Source of the DNA: Thermoproteus tenax Kra 1
Lineage (GTDB): Archaea; Thermoproteota; Thermoprotei; Thermoproteales; Thermoproteaceae
Assembly (NCBI RefSeq): GCF_000253055.1
Contig: NC_016070.1
Location: forward strand, 1,290,001 to 1,322,000
Length of the DNA: 32,000 bases
Reading direction: 5' to 3'
Numbering within the stretch: position 1 is the first letter of the stretch; each line of letters opens with the position of its first letter. A program made the translations under genes and the position numbers. Below, in pieces: positions 23,222-31,704 of this stretch. Below the pieces are notes generated by a model. That model was given only the letters and a program-made list of their open reading frames with translations. It was not told where the DNA came from and searched no databases.

Positions 23222-23908
23222 TTAGGACTTTCGCAAGAACCTCGAAATTAAGGACTTGGTATCCTCATCGTCGGCCAACGCGGCGAGTTGGTACAGCACC
23301 TCCTCCTTCAAATGCTTTCTGATCATATGCCTATTATATTTAACAATTCTAAACGTGTGTCTCGGGACTATGAAAATTTTACGAATAGCATCGTCGAGGG
23401 TGCCTATATGGTGAATCAGCCCCATGGCCTTGGCTTCCTCCGCCGTGATGGGCCTAGCAAGCAATGAACGGACAACATTGTAGCCGAGGAGCTCCGCCAA
23501 CATTATGGTGTACGGAGGGAAGACGCCGAGCTTTATCCCTTGGAGAGACAACTTTAATCCGGGCGCGGCGGCCACCACGTAGTCCACGAAATACGTGAAC
23601 TCGACGCCGAAGCCGTAGGCGTCGCCAGACAGATAGGCCACAGTAGTGGCGGTACAATCCAATACGTGCTCCACAAGCCTGTGTAGCGATGCCAAATACT
23701 CCCTGGCAGCGACAGAGCCTCTGAGGAAAACGCCTAAGTCTAGGCCCGACGAGAAGACATCGCCGCGGTTTGAAAAAACCACTAGGTCGAGACCCTCACA
23801 TCGAATAGAGCTAAGTTTATTTATTACTTCTAAGGTAAACGCATTTCTATTTGCAATGGAATTTAGGTAGACCAGAAGCATATTATCCTGTCGTTCTACT
23901 TCGATCAC
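23222..23908 (-). CDS. enoyl-CoA hydratase/isomerase (crotonase) family protein
   Basis: 'RNAFT', 'VVFSNRGDVFSSGLDLG', 'VAYLSGDAYGFGVEF' are the crotonase-fold oxyanion-hole blocks. Confidence 0.7.
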   Translation of the reverse strand: MIEVERQDNMLLVYLNSIANRNAFTLEVINKLSSIRCEGLDLVVFSNRGDVFSSGLDLGVFLRGSVAAREYLASLHRLVEHVLDCTATTVAYLSGDAYGFGVEFTYFVDYVVAAAPGLKLSLQGIKLGVFPPYTIMLAELLGYNVVRSLLARPITAEEAKAMGLIHHIGTLDDAIRKIFIVPRHTFRIVKYNRHMIRKHLKEEVLYQLAALADDEDTKSLISRFLRKS

Positions 23909-23953
23909 ACTAGACGAAAGATAATGATTTAAAAAACTGAAAAAAGTTCTATC

Positions 23954-25273
23954 ATGTCAGATTACCTAGAGAAAATAAAGGCGCAGATACCCAATATCCA
24001 GCCGTTTGCCGGCAAATACGCTGAGCCCGTCGAGGGCTCGTACATAACTTACACAGGCCCAGGACAGTTGAAAGTACCAGATAAGGTAGTCATAGGCTAC
24101 ATTGAGGGCGACGGCACAGGGCCTGAGGTCGCCTACGCCGCCATTAAGGTGGCCAACGCGGCCGTCGAGAGGGCCTACGGCAAGTCGCGCAGAGTGCTCT
24201 GGTATGAGGTGCTCGTGGGGTCTAAGGCTGAGAAAATATTGGGCAGTAGACTGCCCGATCAGAGCGTGGAAGTGCTAAAGAAGATCAGAGTGTTCCTCAA
24301 GGCGCCTTTAGAGACGCCTGTGGGCGGCGGCTTCCGTAGCCTTAACGTAACATTGAGACAGATATTTGACCTCTACGCCAACATCAGGCCCGTCAAGTAC
24401 TTCCCCGGTCTACCCTCGCCTCTGAAGAGGCCGGAGAGCGTAGACTTAGTCATATTCAGAGAGAACACTGAGGACGTCTATATGGGCATTGAATGGCCTT
24501 GGAATTCGCCGGAGGCCGCCAAGGTGAGAGAGTTCTTGAGGAGAGAGCTCAAAGTCGATATAAGGGACGACGCCGGCATAGGCATAAAGCCCATAAGCAA
24601 GTTCGGGACCCAGAGGATAGCGCGGCTCGCGTTGAAGTTCGCTGTGGAGAACAAGAGAAGGGTCGTCACCATAATGCACAAAGGAAATATTCAGAAGTAC
24701 ACGGAGGGCGCGTTTAGAGATTGGGCCTATGAGGTGGCCAAGAACGAGTTCAGAGACCACGTGGTTCTGGAGGAGGAGTTGGCCCAGTATGGAGGCAAAG
24801 TGCCGCCGGGCAAGATCTTGGTCAATGATAGGATAGCCGACAATATGTTGCAACAGCTGTTAACGCGCACCGGCGAGTACGACGTCATCCTAGCGCCCAA
24901 TCTCAATGGGGACTACGTGAGCGATGAGGCGGCGGGCCTAGTGGGCGGACTCGGCGTGGCGCCCGGCATAGATGTGGGCGATTGGGGGATGATGGCCGAG
25001 CCAGTGCATGGCACTGCGCCCAAATACACGGGCAAGAACTACGTCAACCCCACTGCGACTATCCTGGCGCTTGAGCTGCTCTTCAGGTTCATCGGCTGGA
25101 GAGAGGCCGCTGACTTGATAACGAGGGGCGTCAGCAAGGCCTACTCAGAGGGGTACTTCACCGGCGACTTAGCCAGGCAGATGACCGATGAGGAAAGGAA
25201 AGTTGTAAAGGAAGTGCTTGGAACTCAAGAATTTGCTGAGAAAGTAGCTGAGATAATCAAAACCGAGCTATAA
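23954..25273 (+). CDS. icd: isocitrate dehydrogenase (NADP-type, homodimeric prokaryotic class)
   Basis: 'IEGDGTGPEV', 'SLNVTLRQIFDLYANIRPV', 'DLVIFRENTEDVY', 'NLNGDYVSDEAAGLVGGLGVAPG', 'EPVHGTAPKY'. Confidence 0.9.
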   Translation: MSDYLEKIKAQIPNIQPFAGKYAEPVEGSYITYTGPGQLKVPDKVVIGYIEGDGTGPEVAYAAIKVANAAVERAYGKSRRVLWYEVLVGSKAEKILGSRLPDQSVEVLKKIRVFLKAPLETPVGGGFRSLNVTLRQIFDLYANIRPVKYFPGLPSPLKRPESVDLVIFRENTEDVYMGIEWPWNSPEAAKVREFLRRELKVDIRDDAGIGIKPISKFGTQRIARLALKFAVENKRRVVTIMHKGNIQKYTEGAFRDWAYEVAKNEFRDHVVLEEELAQYGGKVPPGKILVNDRIADNMLQQLLTRTGEYDVILAPNLNGDYVSDEAAGLVGGLGVAPGIDVGDWGMMAEPVHGTAPKYTGKNYVNPTATILALELLFRFIGWREAADLITRGVSKAYSEGYFTGDLARQMTDEERKVVKEVLGTQEFAEKVAEIIKTEL

Positions 25274-25278
25274 TTTTT

Positions 25279-25752
25279 TCAAGCCTCTTTGGCGTATACG
25301 GAGTCCACCGGGCGGAAGTTCATCCTCTTGTAGAACTCTATGGCTATCTCGTTCAAGGCCGGGAAATCGGCCATTATGACTTGAGCCCCCTTCCTCTTGA
25401 GGCTGTCCGATATCTCTGAGAGCATTCTCTTGCCTAACCCTTTACGTCTATATTCTGGCAAAATGTAGAACTCTCTGATTACGCCAGCCATGCGCGGCTC
25501 GTAGAAGACTCTGTCTTCTATATCGCCGATCACAACACCGATTATCTTGCCGTCTACCTCGGCCACTAACACTACGGAGGTCGAGCTTGCTATCTTGGAC
25601 TTCACATACTCCTTGGATACAGAGAGAATATTGTCGACAGGCTTTAACAAGGGATCGAACTCGCCATTGAGCCTTTTGAGGCGCGCCACAAGGTCGGCCA
25701 CTGCATCCACATCGCTCTCTAGGGCCAACCTTATCACTATGTTCGGATACAT
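25279..25752 (-). CDS. GNAT-family N-acetyltransferase
   Basis: Acetyl-CoA binding motif A 'ILPEYRRKGLGKRML' and overall GNAT layout. 157 aa. Confidence 0.8.
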   Translation of the reverse strand: MYPNIVIRLALESDVDAVADLVARLKRLNGEFDPLLKPVDNILSVSKEYVKSKIASSTSVVLVAEVDGKIIGVVIGDIEDRVFYEPRMAGVIREFYILPEYRRKGLGKRMLSEISDSLKRKGAQVIMADFPALNEIAIEFYKRMNFRPVDSVYAKEA

Positions 25753-25791
25753 GGCTTGACTTTACGACTATTTTATAAGTTGATTTTACGA

Positions 25792-26757
25792 CTAGATAGG
25801 TACTATATAATGTTTATTGTCTATCTCGACATAGTAGACGACGCCTAGGCCCCCAGGCGCACCAAGGCCCTCTCCGCCGACGCCCCTCCTTGCCTTGGCT
25901 ACCTTCTCAGTCTTGACTTCCGTGAATCTATACAATGGAAATCTCACTTGGGCCTTGCTGGCTACATCGACGGTCACCACTTCTCTATTGTTTACGTCTA
26001 TAACTAAATAATAGGAGGGCCCTCTTCTCACTACGTCGCCCTCCTCCAGAGTAATCACGTACACCGTAGCGGTATAGTGGTAGACCTTCTTGTCGCCTCT
26101 GCCTTTCAACACCTTATAACTCTCTACGTAATCGCTGGGAAGCACTTGGTGGATCTTATGGGCGATGTGTCTCGCCAACTTCGGCTCTGTGGTCAAGACC
26201 TCAACGCCGCCCCTCGTCCTCTCTATGGAGATCACAGAGCCTATGTTCCTCCCCCGCGCCTCGTATAATACGTGCTCTAGCACCGACTCTATCTTTTTGT
26301 ATTCAATCTCTCCGAGGTCCTCAGGATAGCCCTTTATTCTCACAAGGCCCCTCTCAACTCCCCATATGTTCCTTCTACAGTCAGGACATACGTCCAATAA
26401 AAAGGGAGCTACATAGGACGTCTGGAACTCTCTGGGCTTTATTAGCTCATGGGGCGCGCCCACGCCAGCTATGTTGTAGACCACGCGGTCTTCGTAGACC
26501 TCGATTTGAACGGCGTTTAGAGCACCTTTAACGTCAATGTTGTCTCTGAGAAGCCTCTCCAGCAGTTCCCGATCGTCTCCCCTCTTGGGCTTGACCCAAC
26601 GCCCTCTGATGTAGTAAGCGCCACAGTATTTGCATCTTACTACGTTGAAGTTCTTTATCTCGAGCACCGGATGTCTGCTTAAGTAGCACTCCTCGCACAT
26701 GCCCTCGATGAGCCGGTCCACAGCTCTGCCACAGATGGGGCACAAAACCTTGGGCAC
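25792..26757 (-). CDS. nmd3: NMD3-family ribosome biogenesis protein
   Basis: N-terminal Cys clusters 'CPICGR...GMCEECY...VVRCKYCGAYY..GRW' as in NMD3 (COG1499). 321 aa. Confidence 0.75.
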   Translation of the reverse strand: MPKVLCPICGRAVDRLIEGMCEECYLSRHPVLEIKNFNVVRCKYCGAYYIRGRWVKPKRGDDRELLERLLRDNIDVKGALNAVQIEVYEDRVVYNIAGVGAPHELIKPREFQTSYVAPFLLDVCPDCRRNIWGVERGLVRIKGYPEDLGEIEYKKIESVLEHVLYEARGRNIGSVISIERTRGGVEVLTTEPKLARHIAHKIHQVLPSDYVESYKVLKGRGDKKVYHYTATVYVITLEEGDVVRRGPSYYLVIDVNNREVVTVDVASKAQVRFPLYRFTEVKTEKVAKARRGVGGEGLGAPGGLGVVYYVEIDNKHYIVPI

Positions 26758-26769
26758 TCACACCCACGG

Positions 26770-27714
26770 CTACCGTATTAAATCTTTGATGGTCTCGGCT
26801 ATCGCGCGTGCCAGAGGCGGCGGAACTGCCTCGCCTATTTGATTGAACTGGGAGTCCTTGGGTCCGAAGAACACGTGGTAGTCTGGAAAGCCCATCAGCC
26901 TGGCCTGCTCCCTCACTGTGAGGAGTCTGTCCTCCTCGGGGTGTACGAATCTCCTAGTGCCCATCACCGTGGGCGCTATTTCGTCCCACCTCAGTCTTAT
27001 GTAGTTCCCATAGATCTCCCTAGCGCCTCTGAACTTCATCAGAGCTTCCCCCGGCCTCAGCCTAGCTATTCTCTCGGCCTTAGATCGGCTCAGCGTGACG
27101 GTCTCGTGGTTAGGAAAACCTGAGTCCACTGGCGGAAGCCCCTCCAACGCGTCTCTTACAGTCCTACGACCTCTCGGCGGCGGCGCTATTCTTAGATTTG
27201 ATATAAATACACGTTTTCTATGGCTAGGAACTTCATAATGTTCTGCAAAAAGTATATTGAAATATACTTCATCAAAACCTATTCTCTTAAATTCTCTTCT
27301 TATGGCCTCCCTGAGGGGGCCTTGGGCTATGCCGGGCACGTTCTCCAAAACAAAGACCTTGGGCTGGAGCTCTCCTACCAGCCTGATGAAGTGAAGCGTC
27401 AGTTGGCCCAGAGGGTCTGTATAGAGTCTGTCAAGAGGGTCGTCCATACGCCTCGGGTTTGTCGCCGTGAAAGGCTCACAGGGGGAGCCGCCGATAAGCA
27501 AGTCGACTCTTCCTACATGTCTCTCTATCTCTCGGTAGGTCACGCTGGCCACGTCCTCCTCCAGGACGATGGCCTTGGGGAAATTGTAGCTGAACGTCCT
27601 GGCAGCGTTTGGATCTAGCTCTACGCCAAGGGATACTCTGAAGCCTGCGTCAGAGAATCCTCTGGAGAATCCTCCGCCGCCTGCGAATAGGTCTACGACG
27701 TTATACATATGCAC
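26770..27714 (-). CDS. dcm: DNA (cytosine-5)-methyltransferase
   Basis: Ordered C5-MTase motifs: I 'DLFAGGGGFSRGF', IV 'GGSPCEPFT', VI 'VLENVPG', VIII 'SHRKRVFI', X 'QIGEAVPPPLA'. The likely true start is the ATG at 27708 (track start 27714 is GTG). Confidence 0.85.
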   Translation of the reverse strand: MHMYNVVDLFAGGGGFSRGFSDAGFRVSLGVELDPNAARTFSYNFPKAIVLEEDVASVTYREIERHVGRVDLLIGGSPCEPFTATNPRRMDDPLDRLYTDPLGQLTLHFIRLVGELQPKVFVLENVPGIAQGPLREAIRREFKRIGFDEVYFNILFAEHYEVPSHRKRVFISNLRIAPPPRGRRTVRDALEGLPPVDSGFPNHETVTLSRSKAERIARLRPGEALMKFRGAREIYGNYIRLRWDEIAPTVMGTRRFVHPEEDRLLTVREQARLMGFPDYHVFFGPKDSQFNQIGEAVPPPLARAIAETIKDLIR

Positions 27715-27724
27715 TCTATCGTAA

Positions 27725-27742
27725 CCTTTTTATAGATATAAC
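27725..27742. promoter_or_regulatory. shared AT-rich TATA region between the divergent methyltransferase and nuclease-like genes
   Basis: CCTTTTTATAGATATAAC occupies most of the 39-bp spacer, about 20-27 bp from both start codons. Confidence 0.5.
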
Positions 27743-27753
27743 TCAATGGGAGT

Positions 27754-28344
27754 ATGGCCTTTCGCAGATTGAAGCTTAGGTTAAGTGATGCGTTGGGACT
27801 GCCTAAACCAGACGAGGTGAGCTCGCGGTATGGTAGAGCATTTGAGAGAGCCGTCCTTATCTTGTTGAAGGCTAAGGACACCGTCGCTGCGCTTAGAACC
27901 TTCATAGAACAATACGGCGAGCCCCACTCAGGGGCCTTCAACAAGATAAGGATGCTATTGCCGTGGGCCAAGAGGGTCAAGGAGGTGGCCGACGCCCCGC
28001 CTGTGGTAACAAAGATAGGAAACGTAGTGCTCACAGCCCAGGCGGACTTTCTGGTCGCTTACGAGGACGGACGTAAGGAGATAGTGGAGCTGAAGAGCCA
28101 TATTATAAAAAAGAACGAGTGGAAAGTGAAGGCCGAGTGGTCGTTCGCAGCCAAGGTCATGCGGATGCTATACCGGAGGGCCGGCTACGACTACCCCATA
28201 AGGCTGATCTACTTCACTGAGGACAAAGGCGTGAAGGTCGAGGAGGAAGTCTATCTGTATCCTGGCAATGAGAAAGACGATGAACATCTGCTCAGAGCGT
28301 TGGAGGAGCGCGTAGCGAGGATAGCCGGGTCGGATAAGGATTAA
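27754..28344 (+). CDS. uncharacterised protein with PD-(D/E)xK / Hjc-like nuclease signature
   Basis: 'YGRAFERAV' (E31), 'QADFLVAYEDG' (D98), 'IVELKS' (E112-x-K114; nt 28045-28095). This is the E...D...ExK order seen in Hjc and type II restriction endonucleases. Divergent to the C5-MTase gene. Confidence 0.45.
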   Translation: MAFRRLKLRLSDALGLPKPDEVSSRYGRAFERAVLILLKAKDTVAALRTFIEQYGEPHSGAFNKIRMLLPWAKRVKEVADAPPVVTKIGNVVLTAQADFLVAYEDGRKEIVELKSHIIKKNEWKVKAEWSFAAKVMRMLYRRAGYDYPIRLIYFTEDKGVKVEEEVYLYPGNEKDDEHLLRALEERVARIAGSDKD

Positions 28345-28368
28345 AAGCTCATTTCGAGGAGACATCGT

Positions 28369-29337
28369 ATGGAGGCAAGCTATGATGTAATAGTAGTAGG
28401 TGGAGGCATAGCGGGATTCTCAGCCGCGCTGTACGCGGCTAGACAGAAACTGAAGACGTTAGTGATAGCTAAAGACATAGGAGGGCAGTTGAATATGACA
28501 ACCTTAGTTGAGAACTACCCTGCCATCTTCAAGATATCGGGCCCCGAGTTGGTCTCCAGGGTACATCAACAAGCGGAACACTTTGGGGCAGAGGTAATCT
28601 TTGATGAAGTCGTAGACATAAAGAAGGACGGCAACGTCTTCTTAGTGCGGACATATGGCGGCGATGAGTACAGCGCTCTGTCAGTCATCTTGGCCTTCGG
28701 AAAGACTCCCAAGGAGTTGGGCGTGCCGGGCGAGGCTAGGTTTAAGAACAAGGGAGTATCCTACTGTACTATATGTGACGCCCCCTTCTTCAAGGGCCAA
28801 GACGTCGCCTTGGTAAGCTGGGGCGATCTGGCGAGAGAGCCGGCGACTATACTCTCCTCCACGGCCAACAAGTTCTATTGGATCTTCCCGGGCGAGAGGC
28901 CAATATACGACGATGAGTTTATGTCGTCGATAATGAACGTAGGAAAGGCCGTGTTAGTACCGAACAGTGAGGTCGTTGAGATAAAGGGAGGCACGAAGGT
29001 CGAGGCCGTCGTCGTCAAGAATAGAAAGAGTGGCGAACTCCAAGAGCTAAAAGTGTCAGCCATATTCATAGAGATTGGGTACGTGACTAAGACCGACTTC
29101 GTTAAACATCTAGTGGACTTAAACGAACGCGGCGAGATTATAGCGGACTGGGAAGGGAAGACGAAGACGCCGGGGCTCTTCGCCGCCGGCGACGTTATCC
29201 AGTACCCCTATAAACAAGCCGTAATAGCCGCGGCGCAGGGCGTCGCAGCCGCCTTGTCGGCGACTGCGTATGTCATGAGGATGAAGGGGAAAACTGTACA
29301 CTCGTTGACAGATTGGCGCGCCGAAAAGCTCAGATAG
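28369..29337 (+). CDS. thioredoxin reductase-like flavoprotein lacking the NADPH-binding signature
   Basis: FAD motif 'VVGGGIAGFSAA', redox CxxC 'CTICD' (28765-28776), C-terminal 'GLFAAGDV...YKQAVIAAAQG'. The GGGxxA position reads 'SWGDLA' and the HRRxxFR position reads 'FPGERPIY'. Confidence 0.75.
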   Translation: MEASYDVIVVGGGIAGFSAALYAARQKLKTLVIAKDIGGQLNMTTLVENYPAIFKISGPELVSRVHQQAEHFGAEVIFDEVVDIKKDGNVFLVRTYGGDEYSALSVILAFGKTPKELGVPGEARFKNKGVSYCTICDAPFFKGQDVALVSWGDLAREPATILSSTANKFYWIFPGERPIYDDEFMSSIMNVGKAVLVPNSEVVEIKGGTKVEAVVVKNRKSGELQELKVSAIFIEIGYVTKTDFVKHLVDLNERGEIIADWEGKTKTPGLFAAGDVIQYPYKQAVIAAAQGVAAALSATAYVMRMKGKTVHSLTDWRAEKLR

Positions 29338-30691
29338 CCGCTACCTCGTGGAGCTCCGACAGACTCCTCTTTTCGAGACTCCAGACGAGCTCTATTATTC
29401 TCTTCTGTATCTGGCTGGGTAATACCTTGTTGGTGTTCTCTTTGAACTTCATCTCGAGCTCTTGATCGCTCATGGGGTTCTTTGGATGACCCTTGGCGTA
29501 GTCCACTTGCTCTGTATACCTACTGCCTCCCTTAGTTAAGACTGTTATTCTATTCGGATGAGCCCTCGGGTACATCTTGTCCAGCTCTGAATCCACCTTC
29601 ACCTCGATCTTCTTCATCAGAGACAAGACGGCGGGATCTCTAATTCTTTCGTAATGCTCTATCTTAATGGGGCCCCACAACAAGGCTGCCGCGGTTATCC
29701 ACATTATGGAGTGATCCGCAGTCTCCTTAGTATGTGGATCCCACTTCTCCGGATCCTTCGGACCTATTATATCGTAGGCGGCCTGGAACGTCTCTATCGT
29801 GATTTTCTCCACGTCCTCCACCCTCACCCTATCCCTCAACTTGAGTGCTGCCTCAACGGCCGTCTGCGCGTGGTATTCTACAGGATAGGGCTTAATGTAA
29901 GTGTCGAGAATCCGCCGAGGGGGCGCGAGCCTCTCCATATCGCCCAGGGGCTCATAGCTGAACTCTCCGCCAAGGAGCTGTTTGATAAATCCCATCTCGC
30001 CCTCGAACGGTTTGAAGGGCCCTGTGAAGCCCTCGGCGGCCAACATAGTTGCAAAGACGGCATTCCTCGTGGAATTGGCCGCTGCGGCCCCCTTCCACAT
30101 ACTCAGCTCTCCAACGCGCGTCTGCCTCATAGCCGCGTGAGGCACCGCGTAGATGGCTAGCGCGTGTTGAATCTGTGTCTCGTCCAAGCCCATCAGCTTA
30201 GAGGACACTAGAACGCTCCCTATACCCAAATAGTTGACGTGGTCCCACCCATGTCTCCTCAAGCTCGCTGCGTCGCACAAAGATACAGCCGCCTCATATC
30301 CTACGGCGATAGCAGCTATCACAGACTTCCCGTCGGAGTTCAATGCATCCCCCAGCGAAAGGGCCGCGGCTATCATATCGCTCGGGTGCAGAGGCTCCTT
30401 GGACAGGTACGTGTCGTTGAAGTCGTGGTATCTTATCATGACTCCATCTACGAACGCGGCGAGCTCGGGTAGCGCTCTATATCTAGTGCCCAATACCCTA
30501 GCTCCGTTGTCCACCTGATACCTTGAGACCGCCCTACGCGCTAACACTACCGGCTCTGAGTTGAATGCCGCAAAGGCCACGGCGAGGGAGTCCAAGAGCC
30601 TCCTCTTCACCTCATGGACGACGTCGGCAGATATCTTGTCGAAATCTATCGCAACTGCGTATTGGGCCAACGTCCTCGATATTCTGTCCAT
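29330..30691 (-). CDS. prpD: 2-methylcitrate dehydratase (MmgE/PrpD family)
   Basis: 453 aa with the typical PrpD N-terminus ('...LAQYAVAIDFDKISADVVHEVKRRLLDSLAVAFAA') and family-wide layout. Adjacent to prpB. Confidence 0.8.
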   Translation of the reverse strand: MDRISRTLAQYAVAIDFDKISADVVHEVKRRLLDSLAVAFAAFNSEPVVLARRAVSRYQVDNGARVLGTRYRALPELAAFVDGVMIRYHDFNDTYLSKEPLHPSDMIAAALSLGDALNSDGKSVIAAIAVGYEAAVSLCDAASLRRHGWDHVNYLGIGSVLVSSKLMGLDETQIQHALAIYAVPHAAMRQTRVGELSMWKGAAAANSTRNAVFATMLAAEGFTGPFKPFEGEMGFIKQLLGGEFSYEPLGDMERLAPPRRILDTYIKPYPVEYHAQTAVEAALKLRDRVRVEDVEKITIETFQAAYDIIGPKDPEKWDPHTKETADHSIMWITAAALLWGPIKIEHYERIRDPAVLSLMKKIEVKVDSELDKMYPRAHPNRITVLTKGGSRYTEQVDYAKGHPKNPMSDQELEMKFKENTNKVLPSQIQKRIIELVWSLEKRSLSELHEVAAI

Positions 30692-30696
30692 GAGGG

Positions 30697-31704
30697 CTAA
30701 CGCGCCCTTATTTTAAATGATACAGCCTTATCGATAATCTCGGAGATTCTGCTGTCGAACTTTTCGTAGTCGTAATATCCTATAAGCTCATAGAGCTCCT
30801 TGCGGGTCATCATCTTGCTCAACAGAGGCTCTTGAGTCCCGAGCTCCGATATTGTCCGTAGGGCCTCCCTCATTGCCCCCAGAGCGACCCTCAGAAGGGT
30901 GACGGGATATATCACAAACTTGTAGCCGAGCTCCTCCAATCTCTTGGCCGGCATCAACGGTGATTTCCCGAACTCAGTCATATTGGCCAGTAAAGGCGCC
31001 TTTATTCTCCTTGCGAACTCGGCGAACTCAGCCTCGCTCTCCAGAGCCTCGGGAAATATGACGTCGGCGCCAGCCTCGAGATACAGCTGTGCCCTCTCGA
31101 TCGCGTCCTCTAGACCTGTGACTCCGCGGGCATCGGTCCTCGCCACTATGACGAAGTCGGGATTGCGGCGAGCTTCAGCTGCCGCCTTTATCTTCTTGGC
31201 CATCTCGTCGGGCGGCACCACATGCTTCCCCGACAAGTGGCCGCACTTCTTCGGCAAGACTTGATCCTCTATCTGGACGCCGGCGGCGCCAGCTCTCTCG
31301 AACTCCACCACGGCCCTCACGACGTTTAGCGCCTCTCCATAGCCTGTGTCTATATCCACAATGAGCGGTATATCCACAGAGCTCGCAATATATCGCACTA
31401 CCCTCACCATCTCGTCCATAGTTATGAGCCCTAGGTCGGGCAGGCCCAGAGACGCCGTAACCGCGGCGCCTGAGACGTAGGCGGCCTTGAAGCCCATCGA
31501 CTGTACTAAAAGGGCGCTAATTACGTCGTATACACCGGGCACTATCACTATGCCAGGTCTCTTTAGCTCTGCCCTGAGCTCGGCCACGCGTCTTTCCTCT
31601 CCTTTTTTAGGAGCGGAGCTTGCATGAAGTATACTACTCCTATTTAATTGTGAAATCGAGTGACCCATGGACAAGTAGATATTGATCTGCTTATGAAAGT
31701 ACAA
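30697..31704 (-). CDS. prpB: methylisocitrate lyase (ICL/PEP-mutase family)
   Basis: 'VPGVYDVISALL', 'AAYVSGAA', 'DIDTGYG', 'GVQIEDQVLPKKCGHLSGK' (K(K/R)CGH signature). The true start may be the ATG at 31668 rather than 31704. Confidence 0.85.
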   Translation of the reverse strand: MYFHKQINIYLSMGHSISQLNRSSILHASSAPKKGEERRVAELRAELKRPGIVIVPGVYDVISALLVQSMGFKAAYVSGAAVTASLGLPDLGLITMDEMVRVVRYIASSVDIPLIVDIDTGYGEALNVVRAVVEFERAGAAGVQIEDQVLPKKCGHLSGKHVVPPDEMAKKIKAAAEARRNPDFVIVARTDARGVTGLEDAIERAQLYLEAGADVIFPEALESEAEFAEFARRIKAPLLANMTEFGKSPLMPAKRLEELGYKFVIYPVTLLRVALGAMREALRTISELGTQEPLLSKMMTRKELYELIGYYDYEKFDSRISEIIDKAVSFKIRAR

